Below the pieces are notes generated by a model. That model searched no databases. It was not told where the DNA came from and saw nothing but the letters and a program-made list of their open reading frames with translations. This document shows positions 60,101-64,000 of a DNA stretch of 64,000 bases, in pieces. The stretch is from Paraphysomonas bandaiensis. Its lineage: Eukaryota > Protista > Chrysophyceae. The stretch lies in the NCBI GenBank assembly GCA_965644295.1, contig CBFFRP010000348.1, forward strand, positions 124,001 through 188,000, in the 5' to 3' direction. Both the position numbers and the translations under genes were made by a program. Within the stretch, counting starts at the first letter, position 1. Each line of letters starts with the position of its first letter.

Positions 60101-63100
60101 GTCCTCAAGTTGTTTAACTCGAATCGTGAATAAGTTCTGTTGAAGAATCAAGGCAGATCGTTGAGCAGCTAAATCAGGTCGTTCGTGTTTGACAACTCTA
60201 GCCAAGAGTTGGTCCTCCAAACCCACTTGTGTAACACTGAAATTAACTAATGTTGTTTCCGCTTGAATTTCAGGTGGGTAATGGGGGTTATTTAATTTCG
60301 TGTGCAAATAGAGTCTGAAAGCAGGATTGATTTCAACTTCCATGTCGCCGATGACCAAAAACTTCTTTCCAGCCCGCTTGGTTGAAGTTCTTCCAATAAC
60401 GGGCATCAGAGTTGCATCAATGGATTCCCCCATGTTCTCAATGACGAACGTATCCCCTGCCTGAACAGAATCCAGTAACCTTCTAATAAGATCGGGTTGC
60501 CCCAACCGAGCGACTTTGAAATGATCTTTTCCATTCGAGGTCTCACGTTTTTTGATCCACGATATCGCTTGAAGTTGTGGATCCACGAGGAGAGGAAACC
60601 GTACAGAGTTTAGAACAATAGCAGCGTTCTCTGCTGACACCCTGTCAGCAGGAAGACCTTGAGTCTGGTACTCAGCAACTTCGGCTTCTGAGCACATGAT
60701 AGCGATGGGGTCAATCTCAGGAGTCAAAGGTATAGCGTTTCCACTTGCGGGCGATTCAATGAGCGGAATAAGAGTGTTCTCCACCAGTAATTCGCGATAC
60801 TCCTTAGTGAAAGGGCCAATGTAACTTATAAACGCAGCAGCTAAAAGACAATCACCAACAAGAAATTCCCGCTCATCACGAAGGCGATCAATACTTTCCC
60901 CCCATCTTACCTTTTCAGAACCAAGGGCCTTAGTCAAACGGTTAGCAAGTTCCAACTTCATCTTTCCTTTCTCGGCAATATGTTGTGCTTCAAGGCGTGA
61001 CGCTTCTGCAGCATTGTATTCTTCAGTAAGCTTGTCCAACTTTTCTTGTAATTCAGCTACAACTGCCTCTACCTTGTGCAACTGGGTGTTTGCGGCATCA
61101 AGTTGTTCATTGGCTGCTTTCAACGCGACGCGTTTAGGTTCGACTAATTGAACAATATCATAATAATTCACAATGTTAATCACCCAGGAGCATAAGCCGG
61201 CAGCAGCGCTATTTCTCTTTTCAATAACTTCTGGGCTAAAGTGTTCCAATTGAAGAAACGATCTGACTTCGCGCCAATTAAGTTCAGGAACAGTACCCTC
61301 GTCAATATTCACTTTGAAACCTTTTAATTCATCCAAGAAACCGTTAACGTTCCCCAACAATGCTTTCTTCGCTGCATCCCAGGTTCTGTCCTTCTCTTTT
61401 ACTCGCCCATTCTTCTGAACAATAACGTTAGGGTTTACGCCCGCAAGAAGTACTACAACCGCAGCAAAGATATCATCCACCCCAGGAGGAGGTTTAGCCA
61501 TGGTTTTACAGTTCCCAAGGTCTCGCTTATCCAAGGAATCAAGCGCTGCCATAGCGCGTACTAAAGCTGGTTCTGCTTTCGCCAAATCTGCAGCCGCGTC
61601 AGCCTGTCGCTCCGCAACGTCAGCTTGTATTTCAGCAACTTTGGCAGCTTCAATCTGAGCTTTAGCATTCTCTTGTTCAACAATATCTTTTTCCTTCTTA
61701 ACAGTTTCTGCAATTCCTTCAGCCACAGCGCGTTTTTCTTCAGCAGATGCTAACATAATTTTGAGATTTGCCTCCAGCTCTACGACATCTTCAGCAGCTT
61801 TAATTAGTTTTTGAACACCATTTTCTAATCGCCTGGTGGATGCATCTGCCTCATCTCTTTTCTTTTGAAGCAAGAATAGATAAAGATTTATCATCTCCAG
61901 ATATGATTTCGGTGTCGTGTAAACGTGGCGACCTTCCAAAGAAGCAAAGCTCTTACACATTTTATTTACAGCTACAAAAGCTGCAGGCATAAAAATCTCA
62001 ATCGACGTTGTTATTTCTGGTGTTCCGAGCTGCGTATCCGACAATATTTTCCGCCCGACTGAGCTCAGTGCCTGTTCCGGCCATGGTTGAAACCAGTCGA
62101 TCACCGTGCAACTCGCTAAGGCAGGGAATCGGCGAGCTCGTGTCCTAAGAGAGCCGCCCATTGGAGAGAAGCACAATGCCATATGTAAATTCTGTCTGAT
62201 TCTCGATATAAAGAATTTCCACACCTGGGAGGGCTCAGCTGAATATCCAGCGGACTTCGCTTTGCCAGTGACACTATTGATGATATTATCTTTCTCATCT
62301 CGAGTGTACAAATCGGGAATATTGCCGGAACTCAACAGATCATTAATATATATGAAGAACTTCTCGTTGTTGATCTGTGTGTCAGTGAGCAAAAATAGCA
62401 CACCTTCGTTCTTAATGCCCGCTTTGTTATACATCGCCTGCAGATCTGACTTGAAGTCTATCATACCGTAATGCTGATTCACAGTAATCTGAACAACAGT
62501 ATAGAGGCAGATGTGAGCCGCGAGACGGGACAAACTCTGCTTTCCGGAGCCACCAACACCTACCAGCAGGGCGTGACCACCTGTTTGTTTAATTATGCGA
62601 ACAATTCTAGCAACGTGCAATACAGCATCGTCAAATAGAACCAAATTCATTACGGCGTTCGTTTCGTTGTACTCGTCCAAAGCTGTCTCTAATGTTTTTC
62701 GAAGAACAGACAAATCTGTGCTCCTGTCATATGTCAGCTCATCGCCCTGTGTAGTTCCATCAGCAAAGTGACAAAAAACAAGGGGATCTGCTTGCACTCC
62801 TCCACCAGCAAGATAAAATCTTGCCACGTTATACTGAACAAAAGTCTTTCTCGCCTGGTTTTGAATAATTTGCTTAAACTTTGTCAAGTCCTCTTCATCG
62901 ACCAGTCGATCACCATATACTCTCTCACTCTCGTGCAGCCATAAGTACACAAATTTTTCTGGGTCATTGAATACTTGAGGGGTAGCAACCAACAGACCTT
63001 GAAATACGTTCGCTAAGTGGCGAATATTGAATTCATAGTGAAAATTCGCTGCCGTTTTCCTGAAAGTTTCCGATACCTCCTTATGTACTGCAAGCGCACC

Positions 63101-64000
63101 CTTAATAAGATTAGACGAAACGTTTCCAACTGCCTGAGGAAAACCTCCAGACAAATGCCCATCGAGGAATGTCTGGTATATTGTAAGCAACGAAGTTGCA
63201 GACGGCATACCAATGGCGAACGTGATGAAGTGGCGCTGCAAACGAGGATTGACAGAAAATGATCCCGCTGTAGGATTCATGGCAGTAATGTACTGGCAGT
63301 CATCAACAGTTTTCAGCGCAAGCTTTTGAACGTCGTACCAATGGCCATAGTCAATATGCTGTCGAATCAATGCAATAGAGCTCTGTGTACCATACGCATC
63401 AACCTCTGGCAAGTTGAGATCGTCCACGAAGTAAACTAACTTTGCGCCTCCTGGTGGACCAAAAGTAGACCCCGTTCGCTTTTGCAAAGGAGCTTCTAGA
63501 CTAGTCAGTAGGACAGCAGATGACGTGTAAAAATTCATATTTACAGTTGTTATCATATGCTGATCAGGATTCAACTCGGATAACATGCCGGTGACAAGCT
63601 GTGTCTTCCCAGTTCCTGCAGGTCCTGCTAGCATGACATTCGAACCACGCTTTACAAGAGCATCAATCCAATAAAATACAGATGCTGTTTCTGCAGTCGG
63701 TACAGTAACATCGGCCATGTTCATTTCATAAGAGTCAAAATCTACTGTTCGAAACGCAGGACTGGATTTCCATGATTCGAATTTACACGTTTTAATATTC
63801 AGCCAGTAGTCGAACACTGTCTCACGACTTGGAATTTTTACTGTCTTAAAACGACCGCGGAACCAGTCACTAAAAATTCGTCTGTAGTCGGTGCCATCAT
63901 CAGCAATTGTCAGAACGGATCCTAATCCCCAGATCACGCAAAATACAAATACGGTTTCAAATGTGGTTTCTTCAGCCACAACTTCCCGAGTCAATATAGT
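57158..64000 (-). CDS. Axonemal outer-arm dynein heavy chain (beta-type, DNAH9/11/17-like), 3' portion; 5' end beyond window
   Basis: AAA3 GPAGTGKT, YFVDDLNLPEVDAYGTQ, AAA4 GVGGSGKQSL, stalk/MTBD, AAA5-6 and C-terminal YECPVY. One short intron at ~57629-57676. Confidence 0.95.

Noticed and set aside
57978-63262. Short ORFs overlapping dynein (similarly within PPIP5K, the kinase and pol)
   Set aside because: Antisense or alternate-frame shadows of long conserved CDSs.

Overview
Eukaryotic nuclear DNA: gene-dense, short (about 45-60 bp) GT-AG introns, flagellar genes. It is probably a flagellated stramenopile-like protist, which is an inference. Genes recognised: a hidden >1275-aa minus-strand ORF made of about 11 x 103-aa repeats (missed by the ORF track because it runs off the window), a PhyH-like dioxygenase, PPIP5K/VIP1, an Orai-like channel lacking the canonical filter glutamate, GnT-I (MGAT1), mitochondrial ATP synthase epsilon, a membrane protein with an inverted pseudogene copy, a PH-domain protein, a sulfotransferase-like/JmjC fusion, an ankyrin-pseudokinase, Msp1/ATAD1, a THOC6-like WD40 protein, a DUF547 protein, an EFHC1/Rib72-like DM10 protein and the 3' part of an outer-arm dynein heavy chain. 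A block of about 16.5 kb with no recognisable intact host gene (28.5-45.1 kb) is the most striking region. It holds a ~1.5-kb near-perfect inverted repeat and a homogeneous 68-bp satellite whose monomer is an imperfect hairpin. Inside the satellite are an inverted copy of the array's own left border and a very young chromodomain Ty3/gypsy element (apparently identical 317-bp LTRs, 4-bp TSD) that has a palindrome/hairpin in place of a tRNA primer-binding site. Small DNA-transposon footprints are also visible: a hAT-type MITE with an 8-bp TSD and a MULE derivative with a 9-bp TSD. All calls are from reading the sequence by eye; no searches were run.
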